From Psilocybe cubensis (taxonomy: Eukaryota), in contig CM039006.1 of the NCBI GenBank assembly GCA_017499595.2, forward strand, positions 1,240,001 through 1,304,000: 64,000 nt of DNA, given 5' to 3'. Under the pieces are notes generated by a model. That model saw only the letters and a program-made list of their open reading frames with translations. It was not told where the DNA came from and made no database searches. Below are positions 1 through 13,307 of the stretch, in pieces (position 1 is the stretch's first letter; each line of letters opens with the position of its first letter). A program made the position numbers and the translations under genes.

Positions 1-1351
<1,351 letters not shown>

Positions 1352-1898
1352 ATAGTTAACGCTCCTGTACCATACGTATTCAATTGAAGCAAGCCGAACT
1401 GTAAGCTTGTTTTGCGGAAGTAGAATTAATGGCAACAAACTGTAGCAATGAAGTAGAACTGTCCCTGTATCATGAAGTTAAATAAAAACTCAGACAACGA
1501 ATTAATATATTGATTCTTAGTGTATATCGGACTGCATCGGTTTCGGCCAATTGTGGGGCCGTTCCCGAACTAGTCCTTTAAGCGCCCACATATGTAGCAA
1601 TCAGCACCCGATATGAGTACACCAGTATATATGAGTAGAACCATAGCATTATCGGACTCAGTTCTGGCAGTATTCCAAAGTCATTTAGTTTTGTATAGGA
1701 ACTGAAAATCTCCTTTTGAGGAAACCGAGCTTGAAGAGGCACGTTAGACATATGCGACGGGTCACGAGCGTTAGATTGTCAAACTATTTACACAGAAGTA
1801 AAATAAAGCTCCCAAAGGGAAAAAAATGGTACGCTCAATCAATGAGTGTACTACACCCTATGTACTGCCAATACTACAACAATCTGTTGGCAAAAGAA

Positions 1899-1981
1899 TG
1901 GACTCATCGGGAATTGAACCCGACACCTTTCGCAATCCATAAATGCAAAGCGAACGTGATAACCAACTACACCATAAGCCC
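1899..1981 (-). tRNA. tRNA-Ala(UGC) with 9-nt intron
   Basis: Reverse complement reads GGGCTTA TGGTGTAGTTGGTTATCACG TTCGC TT TGC A[tttatggat]T GCGAA ... GGTTCAATTCC ... TGAGTCCA. Full cloverleaf, G3:U70 Ala identity pair, intron at 37/38. Confidence 0.93.
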
Positions 1982-3375
1982 AGTGAAAAGGTTTTCACGT
2001 GGCCGCTTTTGGCGTCTCTAGCGCCAATATGCGCTGCTATCATGAAGCTTCACTATTGCTTTACTGTAATAGTTTAGTGATAATCGGGGCCGCCGTTACT
2101 CGAGGAGCTACCTTCCTGGGCTACCCTTTGTTAGTTAGTTAGTGATTGTACCTCTCTACCATATGGCATAGCCACGACAAGAGAATAAACAAGGTTTTTT
2201 TTTTAAAAAAAAAAAAATGTGAAGGATGGAACACCCAAGTATTAAAAAAAATTCATAAGCAGTAATACCCTGACTGCGCTTGATAATTTTTTGATGACTC
2301 ATGACCAGCCAGATTTGTTAGAATCAAGCTTCCTGGTGAAAGTAGCAATCAGGGACGACGAGTCGAAGAAATATGAAAAAGCCTTGATGTATAGTTTGGC
2401 TGGACTAGCTACAGAAGGAATAGCCAGCCATTTGAATATGCGTACCAGAATGAGAGAGGTGATAAGAAGGAACTAATCACAGGTTTCAATGTAACAACCA
2501 CAAACTAAGAAGATAAATGCAAAAATATTCTTCTCCTGTCATATACTCATGATCGTTGTTGGGCCTGTAAGTCACTTCTCCAATCTTTCCTTTCTTTTTA
2601 CCTCGGCAGAACGTTCTCTGACCAGAGTGGGCCATTGGCAAGACAAACCTAAGTCGTCAGTCGCAGAACTGTATTAATGGCACTCCTGTAGTCATTAGAT
2701 ACATCTTCATAAAAATGAATCGGTCCACAGTAGCGATATGAAATTGGATGACAGCTTCTTGGGCAAAGCACTATAGAACTGTCTACAACAGGACGTGCTA
2801 CCACTATGCTGGCACCGTGTCCCACGGGATAACCGGACGTAAATGAGTACCGACCACGGAAGTGCTTTTTTTTTACGTTGCATCGTGTTGGAGGACTTTC
2901 GTTATCTCGTCCCGTGGGTGAAAAACACAGCCATGTGTGCTCGCTTGATCAACTATATTTTTATTTCTGTAAAGCAGGATGCAGGGACCGACCTAATAGT
3001 TATCCTTCCGACTCTGTGCCGCCTGCACTGGTAGCAGGCCTATAGCTAAGCATTCGCATCGTTCAACTTGGTGCTTGGAAATTTTGTTTGGGATGCTGTT
3101 ACAACCGTCGCAGTTAAAACCAGTCGATAATTAGCCTTAATGTTATTTCCGTCTCTTTGATACCGCTGGATGACCATAGGCAATTCAAGATTCTCTTGAC
3201 CCCATTTTGACTGTCAATGACTCGGAGTAACGGATCTTCGGGGGTTGAGCCTTGGAATTTATGGAGTCCGAGATGAAATCTTGAAGGCCGGAATACGCAA
3301 ATCTTGTCTCCGGAAATAGTGTGATATCTACTCAAGTGTATCCAACCCAGATAAACAGTACTAGATAAAAATTTG

Positions 3376-3384
3376 TATATATAA
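3376..3384 (+). promoter_or_regulatory. Putative TATA box of the terpene synthase gene
   Basis: TATATATAA about 45 nt upstream of the ATG at 3430. Confidence 0.5.
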
Positions 3385-3429
3385 GGTCGCTCGCCGCTTG
3401 AAGACCAATACCACTCATCATTACCACTC

Positions 3430-4634
3430 ATGGCGTCCACAGCACTCAACACACCTCACTCGGAGCACTCTGCATCTTTTGTTCCATCAAAGAGTCTTAT
3501 CTCTGATTACGAAAACTTTGACGCTATCAAAGAAATTTACTCTGGCTTCATCGACAAATTGGAATATTCTACCATGAGCGCCATCTCAGATGACAATGAA
3601 ACCTTTCAAGCTTTGTTGTCTGAGTTTGCCTCTTATAACACGGGCAGATGGTTTGAGGCCTTGTGTCGAGAGTCATCCACAATAGCGGAGGTGAGTTTGT
3701 GAAAACAAGATATTGAATCAGTCCAATTAATTGATCATACGCATGCTAGCTTGGTTACGCTAATCATTCCCCAGCAGTGCGGCTACAGGCAGCACGCTTC
3801 ACATGGTACAGTCCTTGTTTGATCGACTTCTCTATTAATAAACACACTCACATACCTTTTGTTAGGTATCTTATATATGTGGATGATCTTGGGCAAAAAT
3901 TCCCCTCGATGCTGGAAGGATTCCAAGAACGACTGTTAACTTGCAAAGATCCTGAGGGATCTTTTCTCCAGGCATTCCGCGCGCACCTCGCAGATATGTA
4001 TAAGTTCTGGGACCCTCTCCCCGCCAACTGTATCACGCTAGCAGGCATAGATTTCATCAACGGCTGCCTTTTGGAACAGAGCCCAGAAATTAGTGAAATG
4101 CGCCTTTCGAAAGCTGCTACCTCGTGGCCATACTTCTTGCGTAACAAGACGGGTAGCGCCGCAGCCTACGGATTCTTCCTCTTCCCAAAAGAGTTGAATG
4201 TCGACATGACAACTTATATCCAAGTAATGGAGGACATCGTTTTTTACACAAATCTAACCAACGATATTCTCTCGTACGTTGTATCATTTTCTCTTACAAA
4301 ATTTGTCTGATTGCAAAAAATGCATCAGATTCTATAAAGAAGATATTGCTGGGGAGAGAAACAATTACATTTACAATAGAGCCCATGTATCGCATCAAAG
4401 CGCTATCGATGCTCTACGAGATACTGTGAAAGACACGTTGGATGCGCATGCCAGAATTACCGAGGTGCTCAAGGGTACGAATGCCTATGCATCCTGGAAG
4501 ACATGGGTAAATGGATATATGTGAGTAATATATGTCATCTTAGAACCGTACATTGAATAAAGTCGCGTTTTACTTCCAGAGGATTTCACACAACATTGAA
4601 GCGTTACCGCCTCGACGACCTTGGGATCGCTTGA
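3430..4634 (+). CDS. Trichodiene-synthase-like (Cop6-type) class I terpene cyclase, 5 exons
   Basis: Exons approximately 3430-3690, 3750-3805, 3866-4274, 4330-4520 and 4580-4634 splice in frame. Motifs YVDDLG (Asp-rich), LRNKTG, NDILSFYKE (NSE triad) and C-terminal RYRL. Stop TGA at 4632-4634. Confidence 0.9.
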
Positions 4635-5657
4635 AAGGTTGCCGAAATTAACAAAGCATATGTCGTAGTGGGAATTCTAATGCGTACTGTAATTGTTGCT
4701 GTTACACTAGGTTTTAATTTCATTATATGATATGGGTAGAAATTCAAAGGGATCCCATAAGAACATTGCCAATTCAATAGCTACGTATTTCATCACGCAA
4801 AATGAATCAGTAGATGCACTGCCTTTGCAGGGTCTGCGCATGAACAATTACGTGTTTCCGGAGCAATTTGCTTTTCCAGAAGGGTGGATTTGATCAGGCT
4901 ATGTAATGAAGAAGAGCGACGACATAATTCATACGGAGAAACAGAACAATAAAATTCTGAGGCAGTCGACATAATATCTTTTTTGGATCAGTACACGGGT
5001 TATTAATGGAAGGATGGATGGAGGCGGATGGATGACCCAATGTAGGGATGCCCGTCGGTCAAATAATTTTTATAAGCCCAAAAAAGAATCTACGAGTTCG
5101 ACTTCGACATGATCCCAATTGAGTTAAACCATTGATGTGGTACCCAATGCGGGCGTAACCGTTCCCATACTTGATCATTTGGGTTCATAATGCTTAGCGC
5201 CCATATCCATATATAGGATTGTCCTCAGTTATTCGGGGCAAAACCCAATTCGGAAAATTTGGACACATTGAACACAACAACTCTCGCATTCGACCGATCT
5301 GATGCTAATATAAACTATATCATGTGCGCATATTTTACGATAACTTTGCGGAAATTTCGCTTACGCCCAATTTAAGAACACAAATGGCCGCCTCCTACCA
5401 AGTTGAATAACATATAAGCATTATTTGCCCATGGGCAGGTATTCTGAGTAACATAATTATTATATGTAATCTAATACATAACAGTAGGCACTGTTTTCCT
5501 ATGGCAGTTAATCGCGGCGACGCCGCCCTTTCGAGTAATAGTATTCGTTGCAATTATCATCATTGCATAATAAACGCAACCACACCCAATCATCAACCTA
5601 TGTTGTTTTGCGGGAGGACATCAACGATGTATTTCCACATAGTGGCTCCACTACCAT

Positions 5658-5750
5658 GGGCACATGGTGTAGTTGGTTATCACGCTCGCTTAGCACTTAA
5701 AACCTTGTGTTACATGCGAGAGGTGTTGGGTTCAATTCCCAATGCGTCCA
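5658..5750 (+). tRNA. tRNA-Ala(AGC) with 19-nt intron
   Basis: GGGCACA TGGTGTAGTTGGTTATCACG CTCGC TT AGC A[cttaaaaccttgtgttaca]T GCGAG ... GGTTCAATTCC ... TGCGTCCA followed by a T-run (Pol III terminator). G3:U70 present; one A5:C68 acceptor-stem mismatch. Confidence 0.9.
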
Positions 5751-6025
5751 AGTTTTTACTTTTATCGTATACGACAGTTCATGATGCCCAATATTTTTAG
5801 AGGTCAATACCCAGAGATTTATAGGGAGTATTTTTCAAATCAGATTTTCATTGTATTCGAGTGCCAATCGATACTTTTGTACTGGACACAGTCACTCAAT
5901 TTGTTACGTCATAATATGAAATGATCGCTTTCAGATTTTCTAACCTAACACCTTGCTGAAACACATCTGTCCCAAATGTACCGTAAGAAACATGGCTCAA
6001 ATCATCTTACACTCTGCCAGTTGCT

Positions 6026-9000
6026 ATGTTCCCTTCCAATACTTCTATCAGCTATAACCCATCCTCCAGTGGGCTGCACGAAACAGTTTCTGCTTGGTTT
6101 TTAGGTCCTCAAGCCGAGAATGCCGCTTTGCTGAAAGAACTATTCAACAACATCGTGGACAGCCACGCAAATGCTCGTCTATCATATCATCCTGAAGATG
6201 GGGTGCGTATATGGACGTTTGCCAACTATGCCACTTATAACATAATTCCACCCGCCTACAGGTCTTCATCACTCAAGATATCAAACAGACCCCAGCGTTT
6301 AATCGCGCGGTCAACGATCTCCGACAGGAATTTCACCGCCTTTTAGACATGCTAAACGACAAATCTATCCCATTCTACTCGCCCAGATACGCTGGGCATA
6401 TGTCGTTTGAGAGCAGTTTGCCCTCCATATTGGGGTGGCTTGCTGCGATGTTATTCAACCCGAACAATGTTGCTTTTGAAGCGAGTCCAATTACGACATT
6501 ACTTGAGCTTGACGCAGGTTCCCAGATATGCGACATGCTGGGATATGCTCGCTCAGGCACGATGCAGCCTTGGGGGCATATTACTTGTGACGGTACCGTG
6601 GCCAATATTGAGTCTATGTGGTAAGACTTCAGTATCTCGTTCATATTTGGTTTTCCTGATTGCCAACCAGGGCCGGTAAGAGAAACTATACAGTTTCATC
6701 CATAGCAATATTGTTGAAGAGTTTCTTCAGCCCGTAATCTTAAGTACTATCCGCTTTCTTTGAGGGAAGCTTTGAAACCTGGAGCGCCTCTTCATTTCGT
6801 TTCAAGCACACTCACAGTATACAGCTGCTCGAATCCAAATGATCCGGTACTTTTGAGGGACCTGGATACATGGGAGTTGTTGAACTTACAGCCGCAGGAG
6901 ATACTCTCCATACCCGACCGCCTGCGCACTCAGTTTGGCGTAAGCCCCACATTTCTTGAAAGGGCGTTACATCCATTCAGCGTTCAGTCAATCGGGAAGG
7001 ACAGCTTCGAGAAGAAGTATGGAATTGAACCACCCCAGTACCTCATATCGAGCACCAAGCACTATTCATGGCCCAAAGCAGCAGGTCAGCTCCTTGTTTG
7101 GATCTATTGAAGCTGTCTGAACTGACTTTGATTTAGCTCTTGTTGGTATAGGTTCGGACAACGTCATCAATATTCCGGTCGATTCGACTGCGCGAATGTG
7201 CATGATACATCTCAAGTACGCTCTTGAGCGTCGCCTACGCCAACGACAGGCCGTATATGCTGTTGTTGCCATTATTGGTTCCACAGAAGAAGGAGCAGTC
7301 GATCCTTTAGATGAAATAGTTGCCTTGAAACATGAATACCAAGCAAGGGGGATGTCATTTCTCATCCACGCAGGTATGAGTACTTCCTTCTTTTTAACTC
7401 GTGTTGATCATGTTAAATGTAGATGCCGCCTGGGGAGGATATTTTGCGTCGATGTTGAGGGAAAAGCCTTCGCAGGGTGCACCCGATGGAATGCCTCCTT
7501 GTCCACGACGGTCTGCCTCTCGTGATTATGTGCCAACCACGTCGCTTAAGGAACACACTATCCGCCAATTCGAGGTCCTTGGAGAAGCTGACTCAGTAAC
7601 GATCGATCCACACAAAAGTGGTTATTGTCCGTATCCATCTGGAGGGTTGGTGAGTCGTAGCCACAATCAAAGAGAAACGTTCCCTAATGAAAAGTCAGTG
7701 TTATAAAGACGGTCGTATGAGGTACTTATTGACATGGACCGCTCCCTACCTTAATCAAGGCAAGAACGGCGAGAATATTGGCATTTATGGAGTCGAGGGC
7801 AGGTTCATTGGTTTGTCTGGTGTTGTGATCAATCTGACGATGGATGTTCAGCAAACCAGGAGCGGCAGCGGCAGCGGTGTATCTTCATCATGCGGTCGTC
7901 GGGCTTCACAAAGAAGGTCATGGCAGCCTTCTCGGTGAGGTGTGCTTTAGTTGCGCTCGGGTGAGCATATATGTTCCCTACCTGGCTCGTTAGTTATAAC
8001 TTGCGGATAAAGATATCTGCATACTGGGCAGCCATGTCAGACTCTTCGACACCCTACATTGTAGTACCGTTGAACAAGCTTCGTGCTGAGCCCAATGCAC
8101 TACACACCGAGCAAGAGAAAAAGTTCATCCGATGGAAGATCTTGGCACGTTCCAATAGAGATATCGCATCCGATCCAGATCCAGAACTGTTTGCAGAGCT
8201 ACGCGCACTAGGATCCGACCTGAATATTAACGCCTTCGCTTGCAACTTCCGCATACAAGATCACCAATACCCTTTCAATTCCTTCGTCAATGACGATGTC
8301 GAAGAAGCAAACTATCTCAACAAATGCATATTTGACAGGCTTTCGGTGACAAATGTCCAGGACAACCCGAGGAAAGTACCCATGTACATCACATCAACGA
8401 CATTTGCGGCGCAGGATTATGGACAATGTCTGGATGTCTTCAAGCAGCGCCTGGGGCTTGAGATTGACTCTAAACAGAGTCTCTTCGTTCTGAGGAACGT
8501 CGTGATGTCGCCTTTTCAGGCAACCGCGAACTTTGCAGGAGAAATAGCAGAGTTATTCCGCCAGACGTTGATTGAAGAAATGAGCGTGAGTCACAATTAC
8601 ATGCATGCTGGAGGTCGCTGAGGAGTAGGCCGTTAGCACGTTGTTGCGCGAAATACGATTTCCCCACAGGAACACATGTTCATTATGCAGGGCACGGACA
8701 CGCTATTCCTGGTTTATCGACCTCTATTCCATAAAGCGAATTCACGCAAGCAACTCATAATCGCTGCCAAGATGTCAGGGATACACTGGGCACGATATCT
8801 CAAGGCAAGAGAGGACCATCCCGAGGAGATCTTTACGATGACAATCCCCTCCACCACCATCGAAGAAATCGTATCTGGTCAGAAGACCAAGGGGTATATA
8901 TATTGGCAGTTAGTGATATCAATTGCGTAAAAATGCCCACTCCAAGCTAAATATTTGAATAGGGGGACCGTCGTCTCAGATTGTGAATTGGAAGACGTTA

Positions 9001-9674
9001 GCGTAGTGAAGAGCCGATCTCTGCGGTCCAGGTGGAGAGATTCGGAGTACCCTTCAGAGTTCTGCCCATTCTACATGTACGGATCCGAGGAGCAACAGCA
9101 TATTGAGCATATGCTCTTGAAAGCACCAAATGCCCAGCTTGCCGCAGAAGACATCGAGATTTCATTAGATCGTCCATTGCTAAAGAAGCAACTTGAGCGT
9201 GGACTACTTGCATATGTGATGGTGCACGAGCAATCGATGCAACCGTTCGCTGAAGACAATCCGCCGTTCTTTTTTTGCGCAGGAGCGAAGCTGGACGTGG
9301 AGATTTACGAAGACCCATTTACATCCGAAGCCCATGGACCTGGATTAGCCCCCACATTTAATGACTTGGATGGGCCCAGCTTCTACTCCCCAGTCGCCAG
9401 CGGGTCCATTCAACTGGGAAGCAGGATTTTCATTGACATGACAGGTTTGAACAAGCAAGACTTTAAGGCGGACAACCGCATTTCGAGATACACAGAAGTG
9501 AGCACGAGTGAAGAAGGAAAGGCTGGCTGGAGAAGCATGGTCATCGATCGGATGGATCAGAGTGAACAGGCAAGACGCCAAGCTCGGGTCGCGGAGGGGT
9601 GGGCGACCAAAATGAAACCACGCGTTTCAACTCCTTCCACGAACATGCGATCTTCTCCCCTGGCGAAGAACTAA
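6026..9674 (+). CDS. Noncanonical PLP-dependent (group II) aromatic L-amino acid decarboxylase, ncAAAD-like, about 1000 aa with C-terminal appendage domain
   Basis: Spliced, apparently intact product has FLGPxAEN, PRYAGHM, NPNNVAFEASP, GTVANIESMWAARN, HYSWPKAA, GSTEEGAVD, HADAAWGGY, SVTIDPHKSGY (PLP Lys), TWTAPYL, EGSKPGA, GSDLNINAFACNF and a further ~350-aa C-terminal domain (PFYMYG..HIEH, HEQSMQPF). Confidence 0.9.
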
Positions 9675-9881
9675 CATACGGGCTGACAAAGCATTCCTAT
9701 TCCCGTCCAACTTTTTTTTAAAGTCCCCCATTTACGGTAGTAGACGTCTGCCATACTTTTGCGAACCAAAGCAGTTTAAGCCTATGAAATATGACGTTTA
9801 TTTCTTCTGTATTCTTGTAATTGTAGCTGCAAAAAAATATTTAGGAGACAACAATTGCAAGCCACTAGATATTGATTTCTG

Positions 9882-11222
9882 CTACCACCGAAGCCGCAAT
9901 ATTTTTCTCCCTACACCACTCTTGCGCTCTAAAACAGTTTCTACGGCCGCCTTCTCCTTTTCCACTGCTTGCAAAAAGTCGGAGACTCCTCCACCAACAC
10001 CAAAGTATAATACCTTGGCCGCAACTAAGCACAAATAAGTCTTGTTTACCGATTGGTCGGGGCACGCTCTTCGCATGAGATTAATGAGCGGTTGTAGACT
10101 CTCGTTCCTGTATATCGTCTCTGAAGTCAGGAGAATATCATATTTCGGAGATTCGTCTGTGCTCGTTGTAGTAGGATTAAAAGTATCCCATGAACCTGCG
10201 AAGAAACGAAGGGTAATATTGAGATCTTGGAGGGTTTTGAGGAAGGCGGTTTTGAACTCTGGGGTTATTGGCAATTCTCCAGAGGCGGCGTCTTGAATAA
10301 TGGGTGCCATGTCATCGTCTTTTATGGAAGTGCGATATGCATCGGCGTGGGTGGATGTGTCTAAATTGAAAGGAGAAATACACAAATGGAACGCTAAAAA
10401 GATGGAATGGGACGTACACCATGTTAAAAGAATATTAGGAAGGGTAACGAGTTGCAGAACAGACGCGTTGTAATCCTGCAATTGAAGCACCGTCTTCTGT
10501 AGAGGGGTGTCTCCTGGCTTTGAAGAGTATAAAAGTTCTCGGAAGATGTACATTGTCGGTACACCCGTCCCACAACCAACCTGACGGCAGAGGTTAAAAA
10601 CAAGAGATGCTATATGATAGATAGCACATACCTCTAAAATCTTCTTACCTACGAATGATTCGTATTTCGATGTCTCCTTCAAGCTATCGAGGTAATCGAC
10701 GAGATCTAAGCTGCATTCCCATGTTTTGAGACCTCCTTCATACACTCCAGGAACAAGATCTGAAGGAGCGCTAAGAAACTCCAATGCTTTTCGCGCTGTT
10801 TTCAAGTCCGATGCATTATTTTCATCTTGTTGGTTGATAGCGGGCTCATCAACAACATCTCCCGCGCCTTCCGATATGAGTTGAAATCGAGCATCGAACA
10901 AATCCCGCCGAAGAAGGCATGTAGATTTCCGTGTCGATGAGAGAGAGATAAAGAGCGGTGAATAGGATATCTGATCCGGTACACCGTCTAGCTAGATGAA
11001 AACATCCAAAGACATCAGAGAAAACCTTAAAAGCTGTCGATGAGATCGACGAATTGGAATGAGACGAACGAGTGTAGTAAGAGTAAGTTCAGAAAATGGC
11101 TCGAGTTCCAATAACTGCTCTGTTTTTGTAGAGGGATCTTGTATACTTAGTGACTCCAAGTTGATCCCGAGGAGCTCCTCAGCATTGTCGGCGTCGTCGA
11201 TATCGAAGTCGAACTTGAACAT
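9882..11222 (-). CDS. HPM1: Protein-histidine N-methyltransferase Hpm1/METTL18 homolog (seven-beta-strand SAM methyltransferase), multi-exon
   Basis: N-terminal MFKFDF, DLVPGVYEGGLKTWECSLDL, SAM motif I (ILE-VGCGTG), QDYN, DILLTSETIY and AAKVLYFGVGGG. Confidence 0.85.
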
Positions 11223-11598
11223 TTTTTTGCCCTGTACAGTGATCGGACTCCCTCAGTGGGATTTGCAAGTTCACGTGGGCTTGATCTGGCTTTCGAGTTT
11301 TTTGTCATACTCATGACACCAACTCGTACCTTTCATGAAGTGAATTCCGACCTCCTCCCAGTATCTATTATAATTTTGCCGCCATTGAAATCCTATACAT
11401 GTTCTATATCTTCTCATGACTGGACAGAACAGCATGATGATTCCTTTCATGGCAAGCACAGCCATTGTCGACCAGTACATGTACAACCGTCCATGGATGG
11501 TTAAGTGGATCACGATGTATGGCAAGCCTATATAAACACAAAAAATGTCACGCCCCCCAGTGCACTTGGACCGCTACTACCACCTTCCCTCGACTCCC

Positions 11599-12716
11599 AT
11601 GTCTCTTCTTACAGATATCATCCAAATCAGTCGAGAATTCACGAGACTCAGCCTGTTGCTATACCAGAGCGTGTACTACCTCTGGTTGTCAACTCTGTGC
11701 ATGTTGACCTTCGGTGCTTACACTGTTTACCACACCGCCAAATTCGTCGCAGTGGCAAGCATGGCCATCGCCAACTACTTGGACTCCTTTATGGAACCGC
11801 CTGCCCATAAACCTACAAGCTATCTAAGAGAAAAACACGACGGTAAGAAAGGGAAGCATTCTAAACGAGATACCAGATTTTTAGGTGAGTGTCACATTTT
11901 TATCGAGATCCCCTCTTTGTCCCTGACATAAATTCAATTATCAACGTGAACATAGAATCCGGCGTTTCTTCAAATACTCAGAAAGCGGGACCCAAGCTCC
12001 TCGTCACTCAGGGTGCTCGATTCTTCAATCTATACACCAAGCCTGTTCCCAGTAACAAGGAAACATTTAATCTCGACGATATCTTTTTCGTGAACAGTAT
12101 ATATCCTGCAATCAAGTATGGTAAAGGATGGGAAGACTTTGGCGATTTTTATTCGACGAATACACCCAACTCAACTGTGATCTTTCCTTTCAATGGTGCG
12201 TTAAGCTAGCCTCTACGACATTACAGATTTGGTGATTCTTGCGCTTTAGGTGTTTCGGTTAGCTGGTACGCATTTACGCCACAAGCTCCCTACATTCCAT
12301 CCATTGGGAGTTATTCCATTGATGGAAACGATCCCATCGACTTCTATGTGACTGGCGCTTCGAAGGATTCAAACGTGCAAGATCCTTTCAGCAGGAAATT
12401 GTTTGAGACGCCTCAGTCTGAACCTGGGCGGCATGAGCTCGTTGTCACTTATCTAGGCAATTCATCAACAACTCCGCTCACATTGGATAGGCTCGTTGTG
12501 CAAAATGCTACCGGCATCAATGAAACTTACCTTCCACTGTATGGAAATCCAAAGGAGTGGACGGTATTGAACCACTCTAGGGTTGGGTTAATTTGGGGCG
12601 GAGTTGTCATAGGATGGTTCATTCTGATCGGCGTTGCTTTCACTCTGTTCCACATTTTCTACCGCCGGAAACAAAAATCAAAGAAGAAGCAACTTTACGA
12701 GATCAGTGCCGACTAG
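11599..12716 (+). CDS. Uncharacterised agaricomycete membrane protein with extracellular beta-sandwich-like domain and C-terminal TM helix
   Basis: Spliceable ORF segments: hydrophobic N-terminus, GSYSIDG..LFETP..GRHELVVTY..PLTLD..VQN segment, then TM (LIWGGVVIGWFILIGVAFTLF) and basic tail. Start codon uncertain. Confidence 0.6.
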
Positions 12717-12970
12717 CAGAGCCCTTGGAATTATCGAATTAGAACGACAATCTGGTCGCTTACCTGGATTCTCAATAACCAGCATCTTCCCATCTCGTCA
12801 CATTTGTTTGATTCACGTGCTGTGACATCTCGCGCACTAATTAAAGTACCCGTGTTGGTATGAACTTCAACTACCTTCGAGGCATACAAGGAACAACGCG
12901 TTAATTCCTCCTTCCCAAATATCATGGCGCTCCTATACTATCGATGAATTCAGTTCCTTATCAACTTGTA

Positions 12971-13186
12971 ACACCGCTGGCGCTCATACATATTTGCCAG
13001 CAAAATATGTATTGGCAGTTATGTTTCCTGTTCGTTTTCGACGTATTTTTGAGGTATATAGACTTCGGGGTTCCCTGATTAGGCAACCCCGAAGTCTATA
13101 TTCCAGGCAAATATGTCAAAAATGAACAGGAAACATAATTACTGATAGATATTTTTCTGGAAAATATGCACGAGCGCAAGCCGTGT
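12971..13186. mobile_element. 216-bp imperfect palindrome (foldback/MITE-like element)
   Basis: Left arm ACACCGCTGGCGCTCATACATATTT...TATAGACTTCGGGGTT is the reverse complement, with scattered substitutions, of right arm AACCCCGAAGTCTATA...AAATATGCACGAGCGCAAGCCGTGT. The centre CCTGATTAGG leaves almost no loop. Confidence 0.75.
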
Positions 13187-13307
13187 AATTATTTAGATTC
13201 CAGTCCGACTATTTTGGTTCCATATTTATTTTTATTTTTACTATTTTCTTCCACTATCCCTGCAACTCATGATGCAAGCATCCGGGTTGCATGCAACAGC
13301 TTAGTGT

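Noticed and set aside
1544..1574. Helitron-like 3' end (CGGCC..GGCCG hairpin then CTAG|T)
   Set aside because: Only a 5-bp stem and no identifiable 5' end or second copy; compatible with chance.
1716..2043. ORFs overlapping tRNA genes (also 5501-5800, 28513-28695, 31275-31460)
   Set aside because: Spurious frames across tRNA sequence; the shared peptide LSVWESNPAFAR is simply antisense tRNA-Asp.
2195..2217. T10A13 homopolymer palindrome
   Set aside because: Low complexity; no TSD or retroelement body visible.
5151..5368. Possible MITE bounded by GGGCGTAA/TTACGCCC
   Set aside because: Only an 8-bp inverted match and no TSD.
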